IMG/VR virus record: IMGVR_UViG_2897333091_000001
DNA from: a virus
Taxonomy: Duplodnaviria; Heunggongvirae; Uroviricota; Caudoviricetes
Length of the DNA: 24,951 bases
Direction: 5' to 3' (one strand)
The notes below the pieces were generated by a model. It made no database searches, was not told the DNA's origin, and was given only the letters and a program-made list of their open reading frames with translations. Position numbers and translations under genes: made by a program. Each line of letters opens with the position of its first letter. The stretch's first letter is position 1. Below are positions 1 to 8,280 of the stretch, one piece after another.

Positions 1-1254
1 ATGCTGGAACAAATGGGCATTGCCGCGAAGCAAGCCTCGTATAAATTAGCGCAACTCTCCAGCCGCGAAAAAAATCGCGTGCTGGAAAAAATCGCCGATG
101 AACTGGAAGCACAAAGCGAAATCATCCTCAACGCTAACGCCCAGGATGTTGCTGACGCGCGTGCCAATGGCCTTGGCGAAGCGATGCTTGACCGTCTGGC
201 ACTGACGCCCGCACGGCTGAAAGGCATTGCCGATGATGTGCGCCAGGTGTGTAACCTCGCCGATCCGGTGGGGCAGGTAATCGATGGCAGCGTACTGGAC
301 AGCGGCCTGCGTCTTGAGCGTCGTCGCGTACCGCTGGGGGTTATTGGCGTGATTTATGAAGCGCGCCCGAACGTGACGGTTGATGTCGCTTCGCTGTGCC
401 TGAAAACCGGTAATGCGGTGATCCTGCGCGGTGGCAAAGAAACGTGTCGCACTAACGCTGCAACGGTGGCGGTGATTCAGGACGCCCTGAAATCCTGCGG
501 CTTACCGGCGGGTGCCGTGCAGGCGATTGATAATCCTGACCGTGCGCTGGTCAGTGAAATGCTGCGTATGGATAAATACATCGACATGCTGATCCCGCGT
601 GGTGGCGCTGGTTTGCATAAACTGTGCCGTGAACAGTCGACAATCCCGGTGATCACAGGTGGTATAGGCGTATGCCATATTTACGTTGATGAAAGTGTAG
701 AGATCGCTGAAGCATTAAAAGTGATCGTCAACGCGAAAACTCAGCGTCCGAGCACATGTAATACGGTTGAAACGTTGCTGGTGAATAAAAACATCGCCGA
801 TAGCTTCCTGCCCGCATTAAGCAAACAAATGGCGGAAAGCGGCGTGACATTACACGCAGATGCAGCTGCACTGGCGCAGTTGCAGGCAGGCCCTGCGAAG
901 GTGGTTGCTGTTAAAGCCGAAGAGTATGACGATGAGTTTCTGTCATTAGATTTGAACGTCAAAATCGTCAGCGATCTTGACGATGCCATCGCCCATATTC
1001 GTGAACACGGCACACAACACTCCGATGCGATCCTGACCCGCGATATGCGCAACGCCCAGCGTTTTGTTAACGAAGTGGATTCGTCCGCTGTTTACGTTAA
1101 CGCCTCTACGCGTTTTACCGACGGCGGCCAGTTTGGTCTGGGTGCGGAAGTGGCGGTAAGCACACAAAAACTCCACGCGCGTGGCCCAATGGGGCTGGAA
1201 GCACTGACCACTTACAAGTGGATCGGCATTGGTGATTACACCATTCGTGCGTAA
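1..1254 (+). CDS. proA: gamma-glutamyl phosphate reductase (glutamate-5-semialdehyde dehydrogenase)
   Basis: 417-aa ORF filling 1..1254, recognised by eye as enterobacterial ProA (aldehyde-dehydrogenase family); GC-balanced chromosomal composition; lies immediately upstream of thrW as in E. coli. Confidence 0.95.
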   Translation: MLEQMGIAAKQASYKLAQLSSREKNRVLEKIADELEAQSEIILNANAQDVADARANGLGEAMLDRLALTPARLKGIADDVRQVCNLADPVGQVIDGSVLDSGLRLERRRVPLGVIGVIYEARPNVTVDVASLCLKTGNAVILRGGKETCRTNAATVAVIQDALKSCGLPAGAVQAIDNPDRALVSEMLRMDKYIDMLIPRGGAGLHKLCREQSTIPVITGGIGVCHIYVDESVEIAEALKVIVNAKTQRPSTCNTVETLLVNKNIADSFLPALSKQMAESGVTLHADAAALAQLQAGPAKVVAVKAEEYDDEFLSLDLNVKIVSDLDDAIAHIREHGTQHSDAILTRDMRNAQRFVNEVDSSAVYVNASTRFTDGGQFGLGAEVAVSTQKLHARGPMGLEALTTYKWIGIGDYTIRA

Positions 1255-1368
1255 ATAAAACCGGGTGATGCAAAAGTAGCCATTTGATTCACAAGGCCAT
1301 TGACGCATCGCCCGGTTAGTTTTAATCTTGTCCACCGTGATTCACGTTCGTGAACATGTCCTTTCAGG

Positions 1369-1444
1369 GCCGATATAGCTCAGTTGGTAGAGCAGCGCAT
1401 TCGTAATGCGAAGGTCGTAGGTTCGACTCCTATTATCGGCACCA
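1369..1444 (+). tRNA. thrW: tRNA-Thr, anticodon CGU
   Basis: 76-nt sequence GCCGATATAGCTCAGTTGGTAGAGCAGCGCATTCGTAATGCGAAGGTCGTAGGTTCGACTCCTATTATCGGCACCA with acceptor/D/anticodon/T arms, anticodon loop ..TTCGTAA.., encoded CCA end; matches recalled thrW. Confidence 0.92.
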
Positions 1445-1458
1445 TTTAAATCAATAAG

Positions 1459-2622
1459 TTACACATCATTAGTACCTTCCTTATTTCTTGACTGGGACAA
1501 ATTTGGGACCGATGGGTTCAGAATCGAGTCTATTTGCCGTGCGTGTTCGGTAAGGTGATTAGGTGCGAGGTGAGCATATCGACGAACCATTTCGATAGAC
1601 TCCCAGCCTCCCATTTCCTGTAACACTGATAACGGGACTCCGGCTTGAACCAGCCAACTTGCCCAGGTGTGTCTCAAGTCGTGAAATCTGAAATCATCAA
1701 TACCTGCTCGTCTCAGCGCCGCTTTCCAGGCTGTGTTTGCGTCATACCGCATCTTCCTGACTGTTGGCGCTTTCGTTCCGTCTGGTTTGGTACAGCTTTC
1801 CTTATACACAAATACCCAACGGTGATGATTCCCGATTTGTTTTTTCAATACGCGACATGCAGTATCATTCAGCGCAACGCCAATTGCGCGGTTTGATTTA
1901 CTCTCTTCCGGGTTTATCCATGCCACCCGGCGCTGCATGTCTATTTGTTGCCATTCAAGGTTGATGATGTTCGAGCGTCTTAAGCCTGTTGCAAGTGCAA
2001 ATTCAACAACAGACTTTAATGGCTCCGGACATTCATCAATCAGCCTTTGTGCTTCATGAGGCTCCAGCCAGCGGATCCGTTTATTCTTTGGTTGAGGCAC
2101 TTTAATAATTGGTGCCTTATCCAGCATTTTCCATTCACGCTCTGCGGCTCTTAGCAGGGCCTTTATAAATGAAAGATGCGTAGCCTTCGTTGCAACGGAC
2201 GCTGGTTTTGGCGTGTATTCTGGAACAGGTTTCCCTTTTTTTCTGCATGCTTCTGCCCTGAGTTTCCAGTTTTCCTCATGACGCCGGTTCGTCATTTTCT
2301 GCATTGCTGAATAAATTTTTGATTCAGTAATGTCTCTTAGTTGCATTCCTGCGAAATGTTGAAGCCAGAATCCGATCCGGCTTTTGTCATCGTCCAGTGA
2401 TTTTTTATGTGCTTTCTCTTCAAGCCACCTGACACACGCTTCCTCGAACGTTATATCAGGAATTTCACCAAGTTTGCTGACCCGCCATGCTTCAGCCTTT
2501 AGCTTGTCATGGAGTTCTGTCGCCTGCCTTTTGTCCTTTGTTCCAAGAGACTGTTTAAATCTTTTACCGTTCGGCAATGTGAAACTGGCGTACCATATTT
2601 CACCTCTGCGGAAGAGTGACAT
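1459..2622 (-). CDS. int: Tyrosine recombinase, phage P22-type integrase
   Basis: 387-aa ORF starting [21 protein letters not shown].. with C-terminal catalytic region ..[40 protein letters not shown] (R..H..R..Y); near-identical to recalled P22 Int; stop lies 14 bp from the tRNA 3' end. Confidence 0.92.
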   Translation of the reverse strand: MSLFRRGEIWYASFTLPNGKRFKQSLGTKDKRQATELHDKLKAEAWRVSKLGEIPDITFEEACVRWLEEKAHKKSLDDDKSRIGFWLQHFAGMQLRDITESKIYSAMQKMTNRRHEENWKLRAEACRKKGKPVPEYTPKPASVATKATHLSFIKALLRAAEREWKMLDKAPIIKVPQPKNKRIRWLEPHEAQRLIDECPEPLKSVVEFALATGLRRSNIINLEWQQIDMQRRVAWINPEESKSNRAIGVALNDTACRVLKKQIGNHHRWVFVYKESCTKPDGTKAPTVRKMRYDANTAWKAALRRAGIDDFRFHDLRHTWASWLVQAGVPLSVLQEMGGWESIEMVRRYAHLAPNHLTEHARQIDSILNPSVPNLSQSRNKEGTNDV

Positions 2623-2849
2623 TTTCTTTCCTCTGTTATGCCATCACCCGCGCTCACCTGGACAGTATGCAGCGGAGACTGAAGCGCCGCAATGCAGGCT
2701 TGTCGTGTTGTGAGGTAAGGAGATTTATTCTTAGTGGGATCTTTGCGTGTTGCCTGCAGACGCCCTGTGCGTATCCAGTTAATGGCAGTCGGTCTGGATA
2801 TCTTGAGAAAATGACAGGCCTCATCTAGCGTGAGGCTGTATGGCTCCAT
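2499..2849 (-). CDS. xis: Excisionase (P22 Xis-like)
   Basis: 116 aa from the internal ATG at 2849 ([37 protein letters not shown]..), preceded by GAGGTGA SD; start overlaps the stop of the upstream ORF (TAATG); 3' end overlaps int by 124 nt. The longer 144-aa reading from 2933 was rejected. Confidence 0.75.
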   Translation of the reverse strand: MEPYSLTLDEACHFLKISRPTAINWIRTGRLQATRKDPTKNKSPYLTTRQACIAALQSPLHTVQVSAGDGITEERKCHSSAEVKYGTPVSHCRTVKDLNSLLEQRTKGRRQNSMTS

Positions 2850-3154
2850 TATTTCACCTCTTGTTGTGACATTGTTGAAAAATGGATACCTGCTCGTTGC
2901 TGCCAGACGATCCAACCGAGAGTCATATCCCATGCCATGTATTCGTTATCGCCGTTTTTTGCTCTCCGACGATCTACTAAGTCACCGAAACGCTTTTCCA
3001 TGAATAATTCATAAGCTTCGCGTTCATCTGGTTCTACTTCCAGAGATAGGAGTGCGATTTCATAAGCACGGCGCTCAATATCGTCTCGCACGTCAAGGCT
3101 GCTGATACGCTCTTTAATTTCTTTAATCAGTTCTTTGTCGGTAAAAGTGGTCAT
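2849..3154 (-). CDS. Hypothetical phage protein (101 aa), translationally coupled upstream of xis
   Basis: ORF MTTFTDKELIKEIKERISSLDVRDD.. with GGAGG SD; TAATG stop/start overlaps at both ends (3154 and 2849); charged, helical-looking sequence; function not recognised. Confidence 0.5.
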   Translation of the reverse strand: MTTFTDKELIKEIKERISSLDVRDDIERRAYEIALLSLEVEPDEREAYELFMEKRFGDLVDRRRAKNGDNEYMAWDMTLGWIVWQQRAGIHFSTMSQQEVK

Positions 3155-3273
3155 TATGCTCCAGCCTCCGGTGCTTTTGGCATTACTGCCCAGTGAGTGA
3201 TATTGACGTTTTCAAGGTCCCCGACCTGAAATGTCCACTGCCATTCTCCGGTTTCTTTTTGTCCCCAGGTGTA
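3154..3273 (-). CDS. C-terminal fragment of a phage ORF whose 5' part is lost in the scaffold gap
   Basis: Open frame ..YTWGQKETGEWQWTFQVGDLENVNITHWAVMPKAPEAGA* running out of the N-run and ending with a stop that overlaps the start of the 101-aa ORF (TAATG). Confidence 0.3.
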   Translation of the reverse strand, partial: YTWGQKETGEWQWTFQVGDLENVNITHWAVMPKAPEAGA

Positions 3274-3373
3274 NNNNNNNNNNNNNNNNNNNNNNNNNNN
3301 NNNNNNNNNNNNNNNNNNNNNNNNNNNNNNNNNNNNNNNNNNNNNNNNNNNNNNNNNNNNNNNNNNNNNNNNN
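3274..3373. other. Scaffold gap (100 N), unknown true length
   Basis: Run of exactly 100 N; flanking sequences do not overlap; coding frames on both strands run into it. Confidence 0.95.
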
Positions 3374-3374
3374 C

Positions 3375-3548
3375 GAATACATAAACAGTAAGCAATGGCC
3401 TGGTAAAGCGGCGATTGGTCGCCTGAAAGGTGAGGAACTGGCGCAATATAATTTGTGGCTGGATTATCTGGACGCACTGGAACTGGTCGATACTTCCGGT
3501 ACGCCAGATATTGAATGGCCTACGCCTCCGGCAGTTCAGGCCAGATGA
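3375..3548 (+). CDS. tfa: Tail fibre assembly protein, C-terminal fragment (N-terminus in gap)
   Basis: ..NLWLDYLDALELVDTSGTPDIEWPTPPAVQAR* parallels the C-terminus of the minus-strand Tfa (..LDYIDAVTATDTSTAPDVIWPELPEA*); the two genes converge and overlap at 3520..3548, as in Pin/Gin invertible segments. Confidence 0.6.
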   Translation, partial: EYINSKQWPGKAAIGRLKGEELAQYNLWLDYLDALELVDTSGTPDIEWPTPPAVQAR

Positions 3549-4113
3549 CGTCCGGCGCTGTGCTGGTATCTGTTGCCGTCACCGCGTCAATATAATCCAG
3601 CACAGCGTTAAGTCGGGTGTTTTCTGGCTGCGTCAGCTTCCGCCCGGCCTGTAATTTCAGTTGAATCAGACTGATGGAAGCCATTGCAGCATCAATCAGC
3701 GACTGGCGCTGTGCTTCTGCAGCTTCTACTGCGACGCTATGCTGTGCCTCGGTATCCGTCACCCATTTCTCACCATCCCATTTATCGTATGGCGTTAACG
3801 GTGAAAGCGTGACATAACCGTCTTTGATGGCACCGATATAATCCACTGTAACAGCTGCGCCATTTTCAGTTGAGTAAACGGTCTCATTGCGATGGTCTTC
3901 TTCATGGCTCCATCCCTTACCCGTAAATACTGCCACTTTTCCCGGAATGTTTTCGCCCGGGTCAATACCAGTGGAACAGGCGGGCATACTTACGCCAGTA
4001 TTAATATATTCATCAGACCAGCCGGTATATTCATACGTTACTGCATTATAATAAAAACAACGCATATCGCCCGGCACTGTAGCCAGCCCATTTTCATCAA
4101 AAACAGGCTTCAT
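3520..4113 (-). CDS. tfa: Tail fibre assembly protein (TfaE-like)
   Basis: 197-aa ORF MKPVFDENGLATVPGDMRCFYYNAVTYEYTGWSDEYINTGVSMPACSTGIDPGE.., recognised as the e14/lambdoid Tfa family; start overlaps the stop of the upstream tail-fibre segment. Confidence 0.85.
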   Translation of the reverse strand: MKPVFDENGLATVPGDMRCFYYNAVTYEYTGWSDEYINTGVSMPACSTGIDPGENIPGKVAVFTGKGWSHEEDHRNETVYSTENGAAVTVDYIGAIKDGYVTLSPLTPYDKWDGEKWVTDTEAQHSVAVEAAEAQRQSLIDAAMASISLIQLKLQAGRKLTQPENTRLNAVLDYIDAVTATDTSTAPDVIWPELPEA

Positions 4114-4685
4114 TATTTAGCCCTCACCAGAAAGTTAAATGCAATATTTCGTGGACGGGTTTCTGTACCTACATTTCCACTAATTTCACCATAACGTTTA
4201 ACACTACGAGAGCTAAGAGCTCGTAGTGAGGAAGGCACCTTAAGACCGGGTTCGTCCGTTTTAACTATTCCCCCGTCACCATATGTAGCCAGTATTCCTG
4301 GGTTTACTCCTTCCCGTGCACTTCCTGCGGCAAGCCCGTCCCCCGTCCACAATTCCATATTGTGTGCATGATCCATAATTGTGTGTGATTGCCCTGAAAG
4401 TAGGGTACGTCCGACATCAATCCCGCGCCCATCATCCCAGATACGAATGAAATCACCGCGTGCGTCAGGTAATGCCAGCGCCGGAAACACTTTCGCCAGC
4501 ACAGGGTAATCAGTGGCAGAGAATTTCGCGCCGTTGAACTTCAAAAACACCATACCGGACCAGCTATCGATTACGGTATCTGGCATTGCAGCGGACGGCC
4601 AGAAGAACGGAACGCCAATAGCTGGAGCTCCTTCTCCCAAACCAACGTTTATGAAAATGCAGAAATAACGAGCAAATGGCATCAT
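4113..4685 (-). CDS. stf: Tail fibre C-terminal variable segment inside the invertible region; no independent N-terminus in this orientation
   Basis: 190-codon frame ending directly upstream of tfa; its 5' end runs through the putative crossover site, so it is probably expressed only when fused to a constant tail-fibre N-terminus after inversion; the annotated ATG at 4685 is probably not a real start. Confidence 0.65.
   Translation of the reverse strand: MMPFARYFCIFINVGLGEGAPAIGVPFFWPSAAMPDTVIDSWSGMVFLKFNGAKFSATDYPVLAKVFPALALPDARGDFIRIWDDGRGIDVGRTLLSGQSHTIMDHAHNMELWTGDGLAAGSAREGVNPGILATYGDGGIVKTDEPGLKVPSSLRALSSRSVKRYGEISGNVGTETRPRNIAFNFLVRAK
4632..4657. other. Candidate Pin/Gin-type crossover site (imperfect 26-bp dyad)
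   Basis: TTCTCCCAAACCAACGTTTATGAAAA resembles recalled gix/hix sites (TTCCTGTAAACCGAGGTTTTGGATAA / TTCTTGAAAACCAAGGTTTTTGATAA); 55 bp upstream of pin, at the 5' edge of the stf segment. Confidence 0.5.
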
Positions 4686-4711
4686 TCCTGCTTTTGTCAG
4701 GGGGATCTACC

Positions 4712-5266
4712 ATGCTTATTGGCTATGTACGCGTATCAACAAATGACCAGAACACAGATCTACAACGTAATGCGCTGAACTGTGCAGGATGCGAGCTGAT
4801 TTTTGAAGACAAGATAAGCGGTACAAAGTCCGAAAGGCCTGGACTGAAAAAACTGCTCAGGACATTATCGGCAGGTGATACGCTGGTGGTCTGGAAACTG
4901 GACCGACTGGGGCGCAGTATGCGGCATCTGGTCATTCTGGTTGAGGAGTTGCGCGAACGTGGCGTTAATTTTCGCAGCCTGACGGATGCTATTGATACCA
5001 GCACACCGATGGGGCGTTTTTTCTTTCATGTGATGGGTGCCCTGGCTGAAATGGAACGAGAACTGATTGTTGAACGAACAAAAGCTGGACTGGAAGCTGC
5101 TCGCGCACAGGGACGAATTGGTGGACGTCGTCCCAAACTTACACCAGAACAATGGGCGCAGGCCGGGCGATTAATTGCATCAGGCGTTCCTCGCCAGAAG
5201 GTGGCTATTATTTATGATGTTGGTGTGTCAACTTTGTATAAGAGGTTTCCAGCCAGGGTTATATAA
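4712..5266 (+). CDS. pin: Serine recombinase, DNA invertase Pin (Hin/Gin/Cin family)
   Basis: 184 aa from the ATG at 4712 (MLIGYVRVSTNDQNTDLQRNALN.. with catalytic Ser in YVRVS and C-terminal HTH ..GVSTLYKRFPA); AGGGGGA SD; near-identical to recalled e14 Pin. The upstream extension from 4676 was rejected. Confidence 0.93.
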   Translation: MLIGYVRVSTNDQNTDLQRNALNCAGCELIFEDKISGTKSERPGLKKLLRTLSAGDTLVVWKLDRLGRSMRHLVILVEELRERGVNFRSLTDAIDTSTPMGRFFFHVMGALAEMERELIVERTKAGLEAARAQGRIGGRRPKLTPEQWAQAGRLIASGVPRQKVAIIYDVGVSTLYKRFPARVI

Positions 5267-5390
5267 AACCGCAGACATGTCGTATGCAGGAGGTGTCGCG
5301 GTTGGCTGGTGAACTTTTGATAGTGCGAGTATTGAATGATTTCCAGCCGTTATCGATTTTACGTATTTTTTGCATGAGATGATTTGAACG
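5266..5390 (+). repeat. Direct repeat copy 1 (about 125 bp), begins at the pin stop codon
   Basis: About 90% identical to 8564..8690 by eye (AAACCGCAG..GTCGTATGCA..GGCTGGTGAACTT..GATAGTGCGAGTATTGAATGATTTCCAGCCGTTA.CGATTTTACGTATTTTTTG.ATGAGA). Confidence 0.75.
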
Positions 5391-5622
5391 CCCTAGCACC
5401 AACCGTTCATGATTGCACGCCACTGTCTCTAGAACTGCTATGTGCATGAAGCCGCTGTTCAAACTAAGAATTTATATGGCACTAACAGAAAAATGTTACA
5501 TATATGTTGAGCTTTAACGCAACATAGACATGTTCTATAGTTTGTGTCTCACCACCAGTTGAAAAAAAACGAAAATAGATTAACAATGTTCAGAAGAAAC
5601 CTTCATAATAGAAGAGGTATAA

Positions 5623-5877
5623 ATGGGTAAGATTATTCGGTGGATGCTTTTTTTTGTCGGATTATTTTCCGTTGCATATTCAATATATAAATATCAACAA
5701 TCTCCGCAGAGTTTATTTTACATAATCGGTGCTATAGGAACACTTTTATCTGCTACATGTGGTTTACTTGAGATAAAAAGCAAGAAATCGAATGGCAGTA
5801 TAACTGCTGGTGACAACTCAAATATCGTTGTCATTAATGGTTCAGAAAACACATCAAAAATAAAAAATAGAGGGTGA
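5623..5877 (+). CDS. Small membrane protein (84 aa, two predicted TM helices), function unknown
   Basis: ATG with AGAGG SD 5 nt upstream; hydrophobic stretches WMLFFVGLFSVAYSIY and LFYIIGAIGTLLSATCGLL followed by a polar Ser/Asn-rich tail; very AT-rich; stop sits 2 nt before the next gene's start. Confidence 0.55.
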   Translation: MGKIIRWMLFFVGLFSVAYSIYKYQQSPQSLFYIIGAIGTLLSATCGLLEIKSKKSNGSITAGDNSNIVVINGSENTSKIKNRG

Positions 5878-5879
5878 TT

Positions 5880-6815
5880 ATGTTTGATAAAGAGGTTAAC
5901 TTAGGAGACAACTCAAACGTAGTAAAAACAGAAGGGAATAACAACACAACAATAATAAATAATTTTGATGAGAAGTTTATAGGTCACGTTGTAAGATCCA
6001 TGCTTTATGAAAGTATGCCTTCCTTTCAAGAAGAAGCTAGAAAAAAGATAATTGCGTCAACTGATGAGTACGTTAGAGAGCTAATATCTGAGTTAGTAAT
6101 TCAAAAAACAGATGCAGATACATTAAACCAAAAACTATCAACGCCTGACGTTCAATACTCTCTTTTTGAATCAGCTAAATGTTTTGCAAAGAATCCAGAA
6201 AGAACAGAAAAATCAACTCTGTTAAATTTAGTTGTAAAAAAAATAAATGAATTGGATGGAGATCATGAAGAGCTTTCCTCTATCGATCTGGCAATAAACG
6301 TCGCTACAAAACTTAGCGTAAAGCAAATAAGGTATATAGCTTTAATACACTATATTAAAGATATTGTAAAAATATCACAAGATAGTGCCGGCGCTTATTG
6401 CATAATAGATCCTTCAAAAGATACAACAGAAGAAGTTGACGATTTCTTTTTATTCCCAAATGATATAAAAAGGAACAAACAGGATGTTTATGACCTTTAT
6501 ATCGATCTATATAACAATCAAATGGATGTTGTATTTAAAGATGAAGAGATTGGCCCAATTGATTATAGTATGCTTATAGCGTTGGGTTGTATCATTCAAC
6601 CTGCATTCCCTCAGCCAACATTTGTACAAAATGTAAAGAAAAGAACAGGATTAGATTTAAACGACAGCGAACAAAAATTAAAGCTATCGACATTCATTGA
6701 GAAAATAGAAAAAGCTATAGAGATAGATTCTGTCGATTATATAGTATTAACTACGGTTGGTAGACAAATAGCTAACGCCTATATATCAACAAGAATGAGA
6801 TTAGTTAACTTATAA
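5880..6815 (+). CDS. Hypothetical protein (311 aa from the ATG at 5880), no recognisable family
   Basis: Long ORF in strongly AT-rich DNA; AGAGGG SD 6 nt before the ATG at 5880 (the ORF track starts at GTG 5874); followed by a terminator hairpin; N-terminus shares a GDNSN(I/V)V motif with the tail of the upstream peptide. Confidence 0.65.
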   Translation: MFDKEVNLGDNSNVVKTEGNNNTTIINNFDEKFIGHVVRSMLYESMPSFQEEARKKIIASTDEYVRELISELVIQKTDADTLNQKLSTPDVQYSLFESAKCFAKNPERTEKSTLLNLVVKKINELDGDHEELSSIDLAINVATKLSVKQIRYIALIHYIKDIVKISQDSAGAYCIIDPSKDTTEEVDDFFLFPNDIKRNKQDVYDLYIDLYNNQMDVVFKDEEIGPIDYSMLIALGCIIQPAFPQPTFVQNVKKRTGLDLNDSEQKLKLSTFIEKIEKAIEIDSVDYIVLTTVGRQIANAYISTRMRLVNL

Positions 6816-6836
6816 ATATCTCATATTTCTTCATCC

Positions 6837-6871
6837 AAGGTGGTGGCTTCATCATCCACCGCCTTCTTTTC
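6837..6871 (+). terminator. Rho-independent terminator candidate after the two-gene module
   Basis: AAGGTGGTGG-cttcatcat-CCACCGCCTT stem-loop followed by a T-rich run (CTTTTCT). Confidence 0.5.
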
Positions 6872-7190
6872 TGCTCTTAAGATTAGTGAACAAACCACTC
6901 GTCAGCAAACTCCCAAGTATCTTTCAGAGTCTCCTGAACAAAAGCCTTAGCAGAATCCTTATCTGCGGTGTACGTAACAGTGATGTACGTAACAGGAAAA
7001 TCATCGCTATGGTAGCTTTGACGTTCATCCCCATACCATAAAATATCAAGAGATTACGACTCATTTCCCCATGGCTCTTCACCAACCAACAGTTCTATCA
7101 ACATAAGATGTAAACTCATAAACTAAACAAGATAAAAAAATTAACAGAATTTTGTTGATTTCATGTCTGTGGAGTGTTAACTTAAAATGA

Positions 7191-7210
7191 GACCTGAAGT
7201 ACTGAAGGTC
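7191..7210. promoter_or_regulatory. Imperfect 20-bp palindrome upstream of the XRE gene (candidate operator)
   Basis: GACCTGAAGTACTGAAGGTC (16/20 self-complementary) located 24 bp upstream of the XRE start codon. Confidence 0.4.
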
Positions 7211-7233
7211 TTTGACACACTGGAGAAGCAACT

Positions 7234-7593
7234 ATGTTAACGCCGTTTGGTAAGACAGTAAGAAAAATGCGCATAGACTTAGGGCTTACGCTTAAAAGCA
7301 TGGCTGAGGCTATGGGCATGACCTCGTCTTATCTTTCAGCGATCGAAACTGGTAAAAGGGCAGTCACTAAGCCCGTGCTTGATAGCATCATTAGCTATTT
7401 TAATGCGGATGAAAAACAAAAAGAAAAGCTTATCAGTGCAGCTCGTGACTCTCAGCAGTCAGTAGAGATCAGCTTGTCAGGTAAGAATGGCCACGCTCGT
7501 GAAGTCGCAATTGCGTTCGCTCGTAGTTTTGATGAATTAAATGAAGAAGACTTCCGTAATTTACGACAGATTTTGAATCGAAAACAGCAGTAG
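7234..7593 (+). CDS. XRE-family helix-turn-helix transcriptional regulator
   Basis: 119 aa; N-terminal HTH signature ..LGLTLKSMAEAMGMTSSYLSAIETGKRAVTKPVLDSI..; GGAGA SD; immediately followed by the metallopeptidase gene. Confidence 0.8.
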   Translation: MLTPFGKTVRKMRIDLGLTLKSMAEAMGMTSSYLSAIETGKRAVTKPVLDSIISYFNADEKQKEKLISAARDSQQSVEISLSGKNGHAREVAIAFARSFDELNEEDFRNLRQILNRKQQ

Positions 7594-7601
7594 GAGGCGG
7601 C

Positions 7602-8123
7602 TTGAGCGGACAAGATTATCGTGTACCTCCGCAGAATCGTGAATCAATACGTTCGATCGTCACATCTCTGCGGAGCGCATTTGGTATTACTGGGCTTAAA
7701 TTCCCTGTAATGGAGGTAATTGAGTTCGCATTGCCTCAGTTGATCCCGGATTTTGAGTTCCACATTGGTGGTATGAAAGAAATGGGAGAAACGCATGGTC
7801 TTACGTACCCACAGGAACATTTATTGATTCTGCGCGAAGACATTTACGAAGGCGCTTTGAATGGGGTAGGGCGAGATAGGATGACTGCCGCACATGAATT
7901 GGGTCATCTTCTTATGCACAGGAACATCGCATTTGCTCGTTCTGCCCCAGGGGTAAAAATCCGCCCTTTTGAGAGTAGTGAATGGCAAGCTAAATGTTTT
8001 AGTGGTGAGTTATTAGTGCCAGCTATGCATGCCAGTGTTTTAAAAGGTATGACGGCTGAGGATGTTGCTAAGGCATGCGGAGTTTCATTAGTGGCAGCGC
8101 GTTATCAGCTAGACAGAATGTAA
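7602..8123 (+). CDS. ImmA/IrrE-family (DUF955-like) zinc metallopeptidase domain protein
   Basis: 173 aa with HExxH motif (AAHELGHLLMH); TTG start 4 nt after an AGGAGG that overlaps the XRE stop, so the exact start is uncertain; gene pairing is typical of ImmR/ImmA or CapH/CapP regulator pairs. Confidence 0.78.
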   Translation: MSGQDYRVPPQNRESIRSIVTSLRSAFGITGLKFPVMEVIEFALPQLIPDFEFHIGGMKEMGETHGLTYPQEHLLILREDIYEGALNGVGRDRMTAAHELGHLLMHRNIAFARSAPGVKIRPFESSEWQAKCFSGELLVPAMHASVLKGMTAEDVAKACGVSLVAARYQLDRM

Positions 8124-8126
8124 AAA

Positions 8127-8162
8127 CCCCTTGCTTGGCGCCAACCAGTGCAAGGGGCTTTA
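8127..8162 (+). terminator. Hairpin terminator candidate (weak U tract)
   Basis: CCCCTTGC-15 nt-GCAAGGGG stem directly after the peptidase stop, followed by CTTTA. Confidence 0.4.
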
Positions 8163-8280
8163 GGTGATGAATCCAAGAGGCATCACCACCGTGAACAGCT
8201 TCGATAGACAGCCTGAAATTAACACCTTCAGGGAAGATGTTCAAGGGAAAAATCTCTCTTGGTAAGGAGGTGTTTTATGA

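Noticed and set aside
741-1335. Minus-strand ORFs of 103 and 129 aa inside and overlapping proA
   Set aside because: Antisense to a confidently identified, complete housekeeping gene; odd composition and no SD; typical shadow ORFs.
2499-2933. 144-aa version of the xis ORF starting at 2933
   Set aside because: It overlaps the upstream 101-aa gene in another frame; the internal ATG at 2849 has a good SD and gives the 116-aa size expected for a P22-type Xis.
3154-3477. 107-aa minus-strand ORF and plus-strand ORFs (3193..3384, 3231..3548) reported as running through the N-run
   Set aside because: The continuity is an artefact of translating 100 N as X; only the flanking fragments are real sequence.
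4676-4711. N-terminal extension of pin (MASFLLLSGGST..)
   Set aside because: Pin-family invertases start at MLIGYVRVS; the ATG at 4712 has its own SD, and the extension would overlap the crossover site and the stf frame.
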